Source of the DNA: a virus
Virus record (IMG/VR): IMGVR_UViG_3300037470_000856
Location: 32,001 to 96,000 of that record
Direction: 5' to 3' (one strand)
Length of the DNA: 64,000 bases
Under the pieces are notes generated by a model. It saw only the letters and a list, made by a program, of their open reading frames with translations, was not told the DNA's origin and did no database searches. The position numbers and the translations under genes are program-made. Numbering within the stretch: the first letter of the stretch is position 1; each line of letters begins with the position of its first letter. Shown in pieces: positions 38,501 through 46,987 of this stretch.

Positions 38501-41239
38501 GGCCTCGTACTCGGCCACGTCCTGGGCGTACTGCTCGTCAATCTCCTTGAGCTTCTTGGTGTACTCCTTGACCTGGGCGTCGTACCCCTTCATCTCCTCC
38601 TTCGTGAGGATTCGGGGCTTGCGCTTGTCGATTTTCGCCTGGTCGAAGGAGGGGGTCTTGAAGGTTTTCTCGCCCGTCGTCTCGTCGTACTTCTCGTACT
38701 TGGCGACGTACGCGGGCGGGTAGATGATGCGGACGCGGAACTTCTCGCCGGGCGTGTCCCAAGACACAACCTCGCCACGGTACGCCGTGCCGTTATGCTC
38801 GTACTCGATGACGTCGCCCTCCTGGACCTGGTCAGGAGACGCGACGAGTTTGCCGCTCGGACGCTCAGGGGGCTCTGGAGCCTTGACCTTCTGCGGCTTG
38901 TCGCCGCGCGAGACCTTGAACTTGCCCTTGGTCTTCTCAAGATTCGACTTAGGGAGGACGACTCCACTCTCGAGACGGATACCGGTGGCCGTGCGGCCTA
39001 CGACGCGCTGCGGGCCGTACTCCTTCGTGTGGACCATGTCGCCCGTCTGGATGGCGTCCCAGTCGACCTCGTGGGTCTCGAGTTTCCATTTCCCCTTGTC
39101 GACCTTCTTGGGCTTCTTGGGCTTCCCCTTGCTCTTGGCCTTGGCGAGTTCCTCTTCCGCGTGGAGTTCCATTATGAGAGAAAACGGGTCGACGGGCTCG
39201 CCCTCCTTCTTGGGCTCCTTCTGAAGGGTCTTGGGGACCTTGGACTTCGGCAGCCTCGAGACCTGCAACTCCTCCTCGAAGGTCTTGGGGGAGACCGTAC
39301 GCGTGTCCTTCACCTGCCCAGTCTTCGGGTTGATGATGTTGTAGACGATCCAGCCGTCGTCGTTCTTGATGACCTGCGCGGTGTAGACCTTGCCGCCGTT
39401 GTACTCGTGGATGCGGAGGACGTCCCACTGCTTGAGTTTATTGGGGTCCGTGACCTCCTTGCCGGTGAGACCCTTCTTGACCTTCATCGGCTTGGTCTTC
39501 GTGGTCTCGACCCCCGTCAGCTTGTCGTCGGCGAGGAACCACGGCTTGCCGATGAACTTAGCGGACTTCGGGCTGTAGTCCTGGAGCATCACGCCAGGAC
39601 CGCGCGGGTCGTCGGGCCCTACCACCTCGATGATCTTGCCAAGGTACTCCTCGTTGAAACCATCGGGGTCCGGGATAAGGATCCAGTCGTCCTTGGAGAG
39701 CTGCGACGACGACTGCACCACGTCGCCGACGTCGGCCTTCTCCTTCTCCTTCTCCTTCTCCTTCTTCTTCTCCTTCGTTTTGGAGAGGCCATCCTCGTCT
39801 ACCCACTTGAGGGACCCGTCGGGCATCTCGATCTGGACCTGCATGAAGCCGCCAGGGTGCTTCTTGGAGGTGATCACCTTGACCTCGACGCCAGTCGGTG
39901 TGTAGACCTTTTCGCCAGTCTCGTAGACTGGCCTGAGTTCCCCCTCCTTGTGGTAAAGGTACGAGTGGGCGCCCGGCAGATCGGGCTTGTCTACGTCGTG
40001 CATGTGCACCCACTCGCCGTTGTCGAGCAGGAACTTGTTGCCATGCTTGCTGTCCTCGACCTTCTTGATCTGGTGCGGCTTGCCCTCCATCCAGACGGTG
40101 TCTCCGGCCGAGACATCCTCGCCTCCGGTAACCTTCCCGCCCTCCGGGACCTGCGACGCAGGGTCCTCAACGACCGTGAAGTGCTGACCCGAGAAGTACG
40201 CCTCCGCCTTCTCCTTGGTGATCTTCTGCGTGCCCTTCCACTTGCCGGTGATGTTGTCGAACTGGCGGTAACGGAAACCCCCGTCCGGCAACATGGAGGT
40301 GATCTTGCCAATGGTGCCCCACGCGTTCCCGAAGAAGATTCCGGGAACGATGTCATCGATGCTGTCGAGTTTCGCCCCGACATCCAGTTTCTTGGGTTTC
40401 GGCTTGGTCTTCTTGACCTTGCCCTCCTCCATCGCAATCTCATCCTCGAAGAAGTAGCCGTCCTCCGCCAAGAGAGCGGGCTTGCCCTTCACCTCGCTGT
40501 ACTTCTCGACGGTGAGAGACTTGTCCTCGTGCCCTATCTCGTAGAACGTGTCTCCGGGCTTGAGCGCGGAGAGAGGGCTTTTCTTCTCGTCATCCTTGTC
40601 CTTCTTCTTGGAAACAAAGAAACTCGACCCGTACCCGATGCCTCCGATCGCGGGACGATCAAAATCAAGCTGGCTGACCCACTCGCCCTCCCCCTCGAAT
40701 TTCACCCGAACCCCGAACTTGTCCGGATCGGGCTCAAACTCCGCGACGACCTTCGGACTTCCGCCGTACCAGACTTGGTCCCCCACTTCGAGGTCCTTGT
40801 TGGTGGACACCTTGGCGCCCTCGGGCAGTTCCGTGATTTTCGGAGGCTCAGGCTCCTCCGCCTCGACGCCCTGCTGCAGCCACGCCTGAAACTCCTTCCT
40901 CACCTTCGCGGCGAAGACATGGTCCTTGAGGGCCGTGCTGAGTTGGACCTCGGGATACTGGTCCTTCGTGTCGGGGTTCGGGTTCTTGACCTTCTTCTTG
41001 CCACCCTCGTAGAACAGCTCGAGGAACTCGACCCACTTTCCGGCGTTGCCGTCGGGAGCGGGCACCTCGGCCGGAGGCGGCTCAGGCGGAGGCGGCTCAG
41101 GCGGCTTCTCCTCCTTCGGAGGCTCAGCCTGCACCGACTCGGGCGAGTCGAAGATGGACAGCGCCACCTTCGAACGCGCCTCGGACTGCTCGGCGATCAA
41201 GTCGACGAAGAAATTTGGCCACTCAAGGTCGGACATCAC
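35555..41239 (-). CDS. 1894-aa modular protein: SH3/KOW-like repeats, ADP-ribosyltransferase domain, PI3/4-kinase/HipA-like domain
   Basis: ART triad TLYRG...ASFS...SENEYVV (~37700-38000); kinase motifs GSNPGG, YYVK, NE, DAWLGNWD..N...VDTGG (~35700-36330). Confidence 0.7.
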   Translation of the reverse strand: MMSDLEWPNFFVDLIAEQSEARSKVALSIFDSPESVQAEPPKEEKPPEPPPPEPPPAEVPAPDGNAGKWVEFLELFYEGGKKKVKNPNPDTKDQYPEVQLSTALKDHVFAAKVRKEFQAWLQQGVEAEEPEPPKITELPEGAKVSTNKDLEVGDQVWYGGSPKVVAEFEPDPDKFGVRVKFEGEGEWVSQLDFDRPAIGGIGYGSSFFVSKKKDKDDEKKSPLSALKPGDTFYEIGHEDKSLTVEKYSEVKGKPALLAEDGYFFEDEIAMEEGKVKKTKPKPKKLDVGAKLDSIDDIVPGIFFGNAWGTIGKITSMLPDGGFRYRQFDNITGKWKGTQKITKEKAEAYFSGQHFTVVEDPASQVPEGGKVTGGEDVSAGDTVWMEGKPHQIKKVEDSKHGNKFLLDNGEWVHMHDVDKPDLPGAHSYLYHKEGELRPVYETGEKVYTPTGVEVKVITSKKHPGGFMQVQIEMPDGSLKWVDEDGLSKTKEKKKEKEKEKEKADVGDVVQSSSQLSKDDWILIPDPDGFNEEYLGKIIEVVGPDDPRGPGVMLQDYSPKSAKFIGKPWFLADDKLTGVETTKTKPMKVKKGLTGKEVTDPNKLKQWDVLRIHEYNGGKVYTAQVIKNDDGWIVYNIINPKTGQVKDTRTVSPKTFEEELQVSRLPKSKVPKTLQKEPKKEGEPVDPFSLIMELHAEEELAKAKSKGKPKKPKKVDKGKWKLETHEVDWDAIQTGDMVHTKEYGPQRVVGRTATGIRLESGVVLPKSNLEKTKGKFKVSRGDKPQKVKAPEPPERPSGKLVASPDQVQEGDVIEYEHNGTAYRGEVVSWDTPGEKFRVRIIYPPAYVAKYEKYDETTGEKTFKTPSFDQAKIDKRKPRILTKEEMKGYDAQVKEYTKKLKEIDEQYAQDVAEYEAAMAGKEETHTGALQHLSPPSSWAHGSSIARDADRFFEQYKELIGDKVKDIVKDMSSGKSYWHGNATQWNDMTEGERKLAQSGHIAADEFKKLLTDDEWEAWQGALSSWQGSSGATTAHKLMGGLENLGVEGGPKYFEAANVQHHREEGRKNEALHRAISKAMAYSQLVYDALGVDHVTLYRGTKTKPVQGAAQGKKITTTTARELASFSIDPQVAYNFAGAEKRVVRYKVPVSRLFVSPVTYASLSSAKPPYSENEYVVAGQDGMEGKVMPHSMSDFSSEKMKLASYERRPLFGEVFDDDVLVIEFEPEDDDWLRSPVKDTWWPQHCHAQDWLIEEQAPRVAAVRILRFASVNVGFRRELFAQIRKIPKRATTIFDSPSERVAVSIFDAPSTSPAQQESPKQPSGGADFDEWFGKRYEGGKKKVPNPNPKTKDKYPEVAASTAMKDKAFAAKVYAEYQQETAQQEAPGSVSKGPDETESKAKKPEKPADLTKPSDLKIGDKIRYTFKGKEMIGEVVSADEDDFKALVYNPKTGKQVRFKPVSFDAEKMKERKVERADDWHRPPPPKVKPGVTLVVPDPDLEGHEIEVADVYQDEDDGKWVIKDTAGAEWNWGKGFKVVPPKPKPKSPQSTLVDVLDVKLDMNKGDEEAQSGWHELLDKVQKGAPLSGSDVADIQEVAWEVYEDQPELVEAVQKALSDLKTQAKVDETGGGAKTEAPKSQEVLDIDSDEFKQVGPQTGSNPGGLYQAENGDRYYVKTPKSEDRARNEILAGKLYELAGIGVPDLSPATRDGQFSVASKIIPGLKQNSSALRKGNVPGVLEGIAVDAWLGNWDVVGLDYDNLLVDEEGRGRRVDTGGALRYRAMGAPKGDAFGDEVTELDTFTDPDRKSGSVFHHATPQQIVDSIDRVLEIPESKIKKLVDQWGPKGAEKDKLYKTLLARRESLKKQRERYAEKIQAKKTAARVLRLALARPQLRKALLDAAR

Positions 41240-42678
41240 TGTCTCTCTCCGGTCAGGACCCGTCGGAGGGCTCGTCGGAAGTCAGGGTCCTGGAAGGCGC
41301 GATGTCGGAGCGCGGGCACGAGAGGACTTCCTGCGACCTTCTTCTTGCCGGATGAGCGCCACCTCTCTCGCGCCTCGACGAGATTGTCAAACTCCTCCTC
41401 GGTGATCGGGACGGCCCGCTCGGCGAACCAAGCGAGGCTGTCCACGGGGGCGACGAGGTCGCCCCCGTGGATGACCGGCATCTTGGGCTGCACCCACTTC
41501 ACCGGAAGTCCATCGACGTCGAAGTAGAACCCGCTCTCCTCCGCCCGCTTGGACACCGGGGTCTTGCGCTTGCGCCTGGGGATCTTGGGAAGCAGGAGGG
41601 ACTTGGGCGCATCGAAAATGCTCGAGGGCTCAGATTTCGAGGCAGACTCCTGCCACGCGCGCTCGTAGACCTCACGCTGGCGAGAGGTGAGCGTATGGAA
41701 CCGCTCCATCACGTCCTCGGGGATCTCCTCTCTCCTCTTGTCGCGGACCTTGTCGTCGAGCCCCTTGATCTGGGAGTACAGCGCGTGGTTCTGCTCCTTC
41801 GCCTGGAGCATGGGCTTGAGGTGAAGTTGCAGCTCCATAACGTGCCCGTTGGGCAACCTCGCGTTCAGCACGACGTCCCGGTACCCGGCGGCCGTGGCGG
41901 TCCGAAAGCGATTCCGAGGGCGAGAGACGAGTTCTATGCCGCTCTTCTTGAGCTTGTCGATGACCCCTCGGAGGTCCTCGTACTTATCGACGGCGATCGA
42001 CGCCCGCACGAGGTCGACCGCCCCCTCGGACCAGTTCCCTCCGTAGCGCTCTCGAACCTTGTCCTCCGCGGCCTCGCGCTTCTTCGTCGACCCAATCACC
42101 ACGACGGGGCCCGGGGTCGAGTAGTCGATTTCGCCGTCAGGGTCCTCGTCTCGACGGACGACCTCAGCTCCAAGGGCCTTGTCGATCCCCTCACCGCGAT
42201 CGAGCCAGTCGAGCATCTGATCGTGCCCCTCCTCGGCCTGGGCGAAGAGACGGTCCGGGACGGAGTGCGACTGCAAGGCCCACCTGGGGAGTTTCTCGAT
42301 CTCCGCCTCGGAGAACAGGGCCTTCGGCTTGAACTGACGTCTGTGCTCGCCCGGAGGTGCCCACATGCCGCGCCCCCACATCCTCTGCGTCCTGCGTCCC
42401 TTTTGGCGCTTGAGATTCTCGATGAGAAGTTTCCTCTGCTCCGATTTCTGCGGCGCTCCTGGATCGCGCCCGAACACGTAAGCCTCCCACTGCTCGCGGG
42501 GCAGTGGTGTGCCGTTCTCGTCTTTCTTGCGCTGGACGTAGTCCTCGTACTTGGCGTCGGCCGTGAGGACCCGGGCCAGAGATTCACGAAACGCAGGATC
42601 GCTCGCAGCGCGGTGCCGCAGCGCGCGCACGAGGTTCTGGTCAGAAGCGGATCGAAAGTGGGCCATGCGGGCGTTCAC
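41236..42678 (-). CDS. RelA/SpoT-like nucleotidyltransferase (small alarmone synthetase-like) domain protein
   Basis: KK...AEDKV...DLVRASI...GYRDVVLN...VMELQLH match RelA/SpoT synthetase motifs. Confidence 0.75.
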   Translation of the reverse strand: MNARMAHFRSASDQNLVRALRHRAASDPAFRESLARVLTADAKYEDYVQRKKDENGTPLPREQWEAYVFGRDPGAPQKSEQRKLLIENLKRQKGRRTQRMWGRGMWAPPGEHRRQFKPKALFSEAEIEKLPRWALQSHSVPDRLFAQAEEGHDQMLDWLDRGEGIDKALGAEVVRRDEDPDGEIDYSTPGPVVVIGSTKKREAAEDKVRERYGGNWSEGAVDLVRASIAVDKYEDLRGVIDKLKKSGIELVSRPRNRFRTATAAGYRDVVLNARLPNGHVMELQLHLKPMLQAKEQNHALYSQIKGLDDKVRDKRREEIPEDVMERFHTLTSRQREVYERAWQESASKSEPSSIFDAPKSLLLPKIPRRKRKTPVSKRAEESGFYFDVDGLPVKWVQPKMPVIHGGDLVAPVDSLAWFAERAVPITEEEFDNLVEARERWRSSGKKKVAGSPLVPALRHRAFQDPDFRRALRRVLTGERQ

Positions 42679-42797
42679 CTACGGCGACCCGATAGAACGA
42701 AAATCAGGTCTTGAACGTGAGGAGCGGCCACCACTTCACGACAGGCTCGAGAAGCCTTTCCTTGCGCAGGGTGATGCACTCGACGCCTACCGCCCGG

Positions 42798-43136
42798 TCA
42801 TTCCTCGGGCTCCATCATGACCTGGAGCGGGTGCTCGTACTTCTGCGCGTAGGCCATCGAGAGCACCACCTTGGTCTCGGCGATCTCGTGGGTGTAGACC
42901 CCGACCACCGCCGATCCCGCCTGGTGGACCTTGAGCGTGATCTGAGCCGCCTCCTCCGGAGTTTTACGAAACACCGTGGCAACGAGCTGCACGACGAAGT
43001 CGATGGGCGTGAAGTCGTCGTTAAGGATGATGACGCGATACTTCCGGGGGCGCTGAGTGTGCTGCTCCTTGCGCTCCTTGCGCTCCTTGAGACCGACGCC
43101 TTCTCGGCGTTCCTCCTGGCGGTCCTTCTCCGGCAT
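42798..43136 (-). CDS. clpS: ATP-dependent Clp protease adaptor ClpS
   Basis: YRVIILNDDFTPIDFVV...VH..G.AVVGVYTHEIAETK...HPL. Confidence 0.92.
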   Translation of the reverse strand: MPEKDRQEERREGVGLKERKERKEQHTQRPRKYRVIILNDDFTPIDFVVQLVATVFRKTPEEAAQITLKVHQAGSAVVGVYTHEIAETKVVLSMAYAQKYEHPLQVMMEPEE

Positions 43137-43172
43137 GACCCCCTCTTATACCCCGGAGTGAATAGGGAGACG

Positions 43173-43397
43173 TCACGACCTCCTCGCGATCGCCGCGTTA
43201 GCCCACATCACGCACTGCTCGAGGTTGGTCAGCGCGGTGGCCTGCTCCCGGCTGCTTGGGCAGAGATCCACGATCGCCTCCGCGAGGTTCTTGGCCTTGT
43301 CGCGCAGGGCTTCGTACTTCGCGGGCTGACCTTCCTTGGGAGGATGGTACATGAAGCGGGTGGCAATCTCTTCGGGGGTGATGGGTGGCATCGACAT
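43173..43397 (-). CDS. Acb2/Tad1-like nucleotide-signal sponge (candidate anti-CBASS/anti-Thoeris)
   Basis: RFMYHPP...YEALR...CPSSRE...ALTNLEQCVMWANAAIAR matches the Acb2/Tad1 helical-hairpin pattern. Confidence 0.7.
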   Translation of the reverse strand: MSMPPITPEEIATRFMYHPPKEGQPAKYEALRDKAKNLAEAIVDLCPSSREQATALTNLEQCVMWANAAIARRS

Positions 43398-43628
43398 GCG
43401 ACACTGTACCATCGTCACTTCTTGAGAACCCACCGATAGATCGGCGCCCGCTGGATCGGAGGATCGGGGTTCCTGTGCCCCTCCTGCGCGATGTTCCACC
43501 GGCAGAAGTGGTGCCGATTCTCGGGGAGGACCCCGAAGCACCTGCGGTGCTGGCTCATTTCGCTCTGAAACGCGACCTACCTCTACGATAGGGGCCTCAT
43601 CGAAGGAAGGGACTCGACGCGCGGGAAC

Positions 43629-44159
43629 TCACTCCTCGCCGAACAGGTCGAGCACGGAGGGCTGGTTCTCCCCGGTGCTCTCCCGGATCTGATGCTCCGT
43701 GCACAGCTCGCCGTCCCCCATGATGTGGACGAGTTCGTAGCCTCGCTCGATGAGGCCCACGCCCACAAGCCGCCTGCGGTGGCACCCGGCCGGGTCCTGC
43801 TCGCTGCACATGAGCGCGAGCGGGGTCATGGGCGACTCAAGGCCCGTGGCGAGGTCGGCGAGGTCGGCGAGGCCGTCCTGGTACGTCTGCGACGCCCTGA
43901 TCTTCGCGTAGTCCGGGCTGCCACGCGTCCTGAGTTTCGGATCGTCGGGCACGCCGCCGAGGGAGTGCCCGAGCCACACGTACGGGATGCCGGCGAGGCG
44001 CAGGGCCTCGGCCACGTCGTGTCGGTTGAACTGCGGGTTGTGCCGACTGAACGGCTTGCTCCGAACGTCGACGAGCACCTTGACGCCGTGTCGCCTGAGG
44101 CGGTCGATCAAGTGACCGACAGGGCGGTTACTGTGCCCGATGGTGTAGACGGTCTTCAC
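43629..44159 (-). CDS. DUF488 family protein
   Basis: YTIGHSNR...LVDVRSKPFSR...LGG...ALMCSE.DP..CHR; GTG start overlapping the upstream stop. Confidence 0.85.
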   Translation of the reverse strand: MKTVYTIGHSNRPVGHLIDRLRRHGVKVLVDVRSKPFSRHNPQFNRHDVAEALRLAGIPYVWLGHSLGGVPDDPKLRTRGSPDYAKIRASQTYQDGLADLADLATGLESPMTPLALMCSEQDPAGCHRRRLVGVGLIERGYELVHIMGDGELCTEHQIRESTGENQPSVLDLFGEE

Positions 44160-44473
44160 CGGCGCCCCGCATTGTACTCGTCCCACATGGACTGCCAGTA
44201 CTCGCGGTCGTACTCCGCGCAGTCGGGGCAGTAGGGGACGGGGACGTTGGGGTCCGGGTCCTCCTCGGTCGGCTCATACGCCGTGTGGGCGTCCCAGAAC
44301 TCGACGCCCTCCGTCGTGCCGCAGTGGGTGCAGAGGAGGCCGGCCCCGTGCTGCTCGCCGTCGAGCCACACGCCGTACAGCATCTCGAGCAGCGCGTCCG
44401 AGAACTCCTCGGATCGCTCGCCGAGCCGAGCCTCAAGACGAAGCATGAACAGCGCGTCGTAGCGCGCCTTCAT
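44156..44473 (-). CDS. Small zinc-binding hypothetical protein
   Basis: CTHC...CPDC; ATGA-coupled to rnhB. Confidence 0.55.
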   Translation of the reverse strand: MKARYDALFMLRLEARLGERSEEFSDALLEMLYGVWLDGEQHGAGLLCTHCGTTEGVEFWDAHTAYEPTEEDPDPNVPVPYCPDCAEYDREYWQSMWDEYNAGRR

Positions 44474-45144
44474 GTGGCGCCGTTTAGCAAGTCCGCAATG
44501 TCTGGTCCATCGACGAAGTCTGGCTTCTTCCTCCACGTCCATGATCTGCGCGCCTCCGGTGGAAGTTCTCCGTGCTTGGCCTCATACGCCTCGAGGAACT
44601 TCCGACTGCCCTCGTTAACATACCCGCCGCCAGTGATCTTGCCGAACTCGGTCTCGTACTTGCGCACGATCTCGTCCATCAGTTCGTCGCGCCGGACCTT
44701 GGCGACGATGGACGCCGCGGACACACAGACATGCCTGGCGTCGGCCTTGTTCTCGGCGACGAAATTTGGCCATCTATCCTGGGAAAGGCGGCCAAAAATG
44801 GGAGCACCGTCGCAGATGATCCTGTCATTGGTCGCCGCCCCGATCTTATTGAGGAGCAGCAGGGCTCCCTCGCGCTCAAGGTCGTCGAGCCGTCCCTGCC
44901 GGACGTATCGGTCGATCACCTCGGGCTCGAACACGACGACCCGATGCTCGCAGCGCGACAGGACAGCGGGGAGCGCGGCGAGCCGAGCCGTCTTGGCCTT
45001 CTGGCCGCTCCCGTACTTCTTGCTGTCCTGGATGCCGAGCTTCCTGAGTTCAGCCTCCTGCTCCGTCGTGAGCAACACGGCCGCCATCACCATCGGTCCG
45101 AGCACGGGACCGCGACCGGCCTCGTCGATGCCAATCAACCTCAT
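44470..45144 (-). CDS. rnhB: Ribonuclease HII
   Basis: IGIDEAGRGPVLGP, DSKK, KAD...VSAASIVAKV.RD. Confidence 0.92.
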   Translation of the reverse strand: MRLIGIDEAGRGPVLGPMVMAAVLLTTEQEAELRKLGIQDSKKYGSGQKAKTARLAALPAVLSRCEHRVVVFEPEVIDRYVRQGRLDDLEREGALLLLNKIGAATNDRIICDGAPIFGRLSQDRWPNFVAENKADARHVCVSAASIVAKVRRDELMDEIVRKYETEFGKITGGGYVNEGSRKFLEAYEAKHGELPPEARRSWTWRKKPDFVDGPDIADLLNGAT

Positions 45145-45392
45145 CGCCTGGGCACCCCTGCCTCCGCCATGCACGCGGGGCAGACGATGCCGTCCTTGTT
45201 GCAGCGTCCGATCTCAATGCGCTTCTGGAGGTCAGCGAGCCCCTTCCAGACGTGCCCTCTTCTGCGCGCGAGCTCAACCTCGAACTCCTCCGTCGGGATG
45301 CTCGAGAGATTGATCCCGAACGCGTCTCCTCGCTCCCTCTGGCGCTCGATGGCCCGTCGCGCCGCGGTGTAACTCTTCCCTGTCTCGGTCAT
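45141..45392 (-). CDS. Small hypothetical protein
   Basis: MTETGKSYTAARR...CPAC; ATGA-coupled on both sides. Confidence 0.5.
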   Translation of the reverse strand: MTETGKSYTAARRAIERQRERGDAFGINLSSIPTEEFEVELARRRGHVWKGLADLQKRIEIGRCNKDGIVCPACMAEAGVPRR

Positions 45393-45832
45393 CCGGACAC
45401 GGACGACTTTCTTGAATTTCCCACGTCTTCCCTCTTCCTCCGCGCCAACGTGTCTCTCAGGTTCTCGATCCCGAGCGCAAATTCGTCTCCCTCGACGAGA
45501 CGCCTCAGCGCCACGGTGACGTGATCGCGCAGCAGCGTGCGGATCTCGGGGTTGTTCAGCACGTCCTTGAGCGGGGAGGAGAAGCGGGGCTGCGGGACGA
45601 ACACAGAGACGCACGCGAGATGCGGCACGTCGGCGAACCCCGCGGCCCTCACCGCTTCCCGGACGCCGAGGACGTGGGACCCGGAGCGCGTGCGCACCGT
45701 GTTGCCCCAGGAGAAGAAGGTCTCGCCGTCGCCCATCTCTTGGCCGGTGTGCCACTGGAACGCGACGTCGAAGGAGAGACCACCCTGATTGACGCGGAGA
45801 CGGAAGGGTCGTGGAGAATCTATTCGGCCCAC
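45389..45832 (-). CDS. Stand-alone GyrB/ParE transducer-like domain
   Basis: DVAFQW...FSWGNTVRT.SGSH..G.R...SVFVPQPRF...KDVL.N resembles the GyrB second (transducer) domain; no ATPase or TOPRIM domain. Confidence 0.6.
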   Translation of the reverse strand: MGRIDSPRPFRLRVNQGGLSFDVAFQWHTGQEMGDGETFFSWGNTVRTRSGSHVLGVREAVRAAGFADVPHLACVSVFVPQPRFSSPLKDVLNNPEIRTLLRDHVTVALRRLVEGDEFALGIENLRDTLARRKREDVGNSRKSSVSG

Positions 45833-46113
45833 CGAGCCTTCGGATCTCGATGTGGGTTGGCCACAGAGGCCGGGCGCCAGTCCGGGTCCACACGGGCGAA
45901 TCGCTCGTGCTCTCGGGAGAACTCTCCGAGGCGCTCGGCGATCTCGTCCTGGGACATGTCCTGCGCGGCATCGTGTCCGATGACGATGTTGATGTGGAGG
46001 GACCGCAGCCATCCCCGGAGCATCTCGATGCCAGCCAAGTGGTTTCTATCGGGTTTCTCCGCGTCGAGGCGAATTTTGCGGAGTTCGAAAAGAGGGTCTT
46101 GGTTCGGGCTCAC
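45820..46113 (-). CDS. Hypothetical protein
   Basis: GTG 46113 with GGAG RBS; tiles between neighbours. Confidence 0.45.
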   Translation of the reverse strand: MSPNQDPLFELRKIRLDAEKPDRNHLAGIEMLRGWLRSLHINIVIGHDAAQDMSQDEIAERLGEFSREHERFARVDPDWRPASVANPHRDPKARWAE

Positions 46114-46126
46114 CTGCGTACTACTC

Positions 46127-46984
46127 CTACAGGGTTGTGCCCGCATCGGCGTCGAGGAGCGCCTTGCGGAGCATGTCGAGGTTCGGGGCCTCGGTCTCGA
46201 TCTTGAGTGCAGGCGTGTACCAACCCACCCGGAACGGACGCTCAAGTTCGTGCGGCACATGGATGACGACGTCGGAGTCTCCAAGACCCAGGAGTACTAT
46301 CGTGTCCACGAGCCCCTTCTCCATCGCTGCGGCCGCCACCTCGGCATGATCGTCTTCCGCCAGGAAACGGAACACCTCTTCCAACTCGCGGTCTTCACGA
46401 ATGATGGTGTCGTGGGTGTGGTCCCAAACCCCGTGCTCGCCGTCGAACCAGAAGATCTCCGGGGAGCTCGAGAAAGAGGCACCTCGGATCGTCGCGACGA
46501 CTTCTTCGAGATGCTTCCGGTACTCTCCGCGGACACGCTCGGATTCCTTGAGATCGGAGAGGGCCTTATCTCGGAGTTCCGCCAGTTTCATGGGTAGCCT
46601 CATGCGTTCTACTCTCTGAAGAAGCTTGGCCGTCGAGGGCCTCTGAGTGTAGGGGTCGATGCCTCGAGCCGCAGCCAGAGAGCAAAGCCATGCCGCTGCC
46701 CGGCGCGATTTTTTCGATCCCGGATGCGGGTCAACATCACCCGGTCCGTCACAAGGCCCTTGCGCCACGCGAGCAGCTCCTCGGGCGGCAGGTACCCGTG
46801 CCTCGTCGCCGCGGTCACCCCGAAGTAGATCAATCCCGAGCCCTCCTTGGACGGCCCAAGAGTAGGTCCATGTGACGTCCTCGACGGTGAGTTCGGGCAC
46901 CTCCTTGTGGAACTTGGCCATGATGTGTGCCACCAACTCCGGGTGATGCTCCACGACTTGCTTGGGTTTCAGGTGGCGTTCCAT
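46127..46984 (-). CDS. Hypothetical protein(s); possibly two genes joined by a frameshift
   Basis: The middle of the ORF reads like off-frame sequence, while the overlapping 46609-46833 frame reads protein-like. Confidence 0.4.
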   Translation of the reverse strand: MERHLKPKQVVEHHPELVAHIMAKFHKEVPELTVEDVTWTYSWAVQGGLGIDLLRGDRGDEARVPAARGAARVAQGPCDGPGDVDPHPGSKKSRRAAAWLCSLAAARGIDPYTQRPSTAKLLQRVERMRLPMKLAELRDKALSDLKESERVRGEYRKHLEEVVATIRGASFSSSPEIFWFDGEHGVWDHTHDTIIREDRELEEVFRFLAEDDHAEVAAAAMEKGLVDTIVLLGLGDSDVVIHVPHELERPFRVGWYTPALKIETEAPNLDMLRKALLDADAGTTL

Positions 46985-46987
46985 CGC

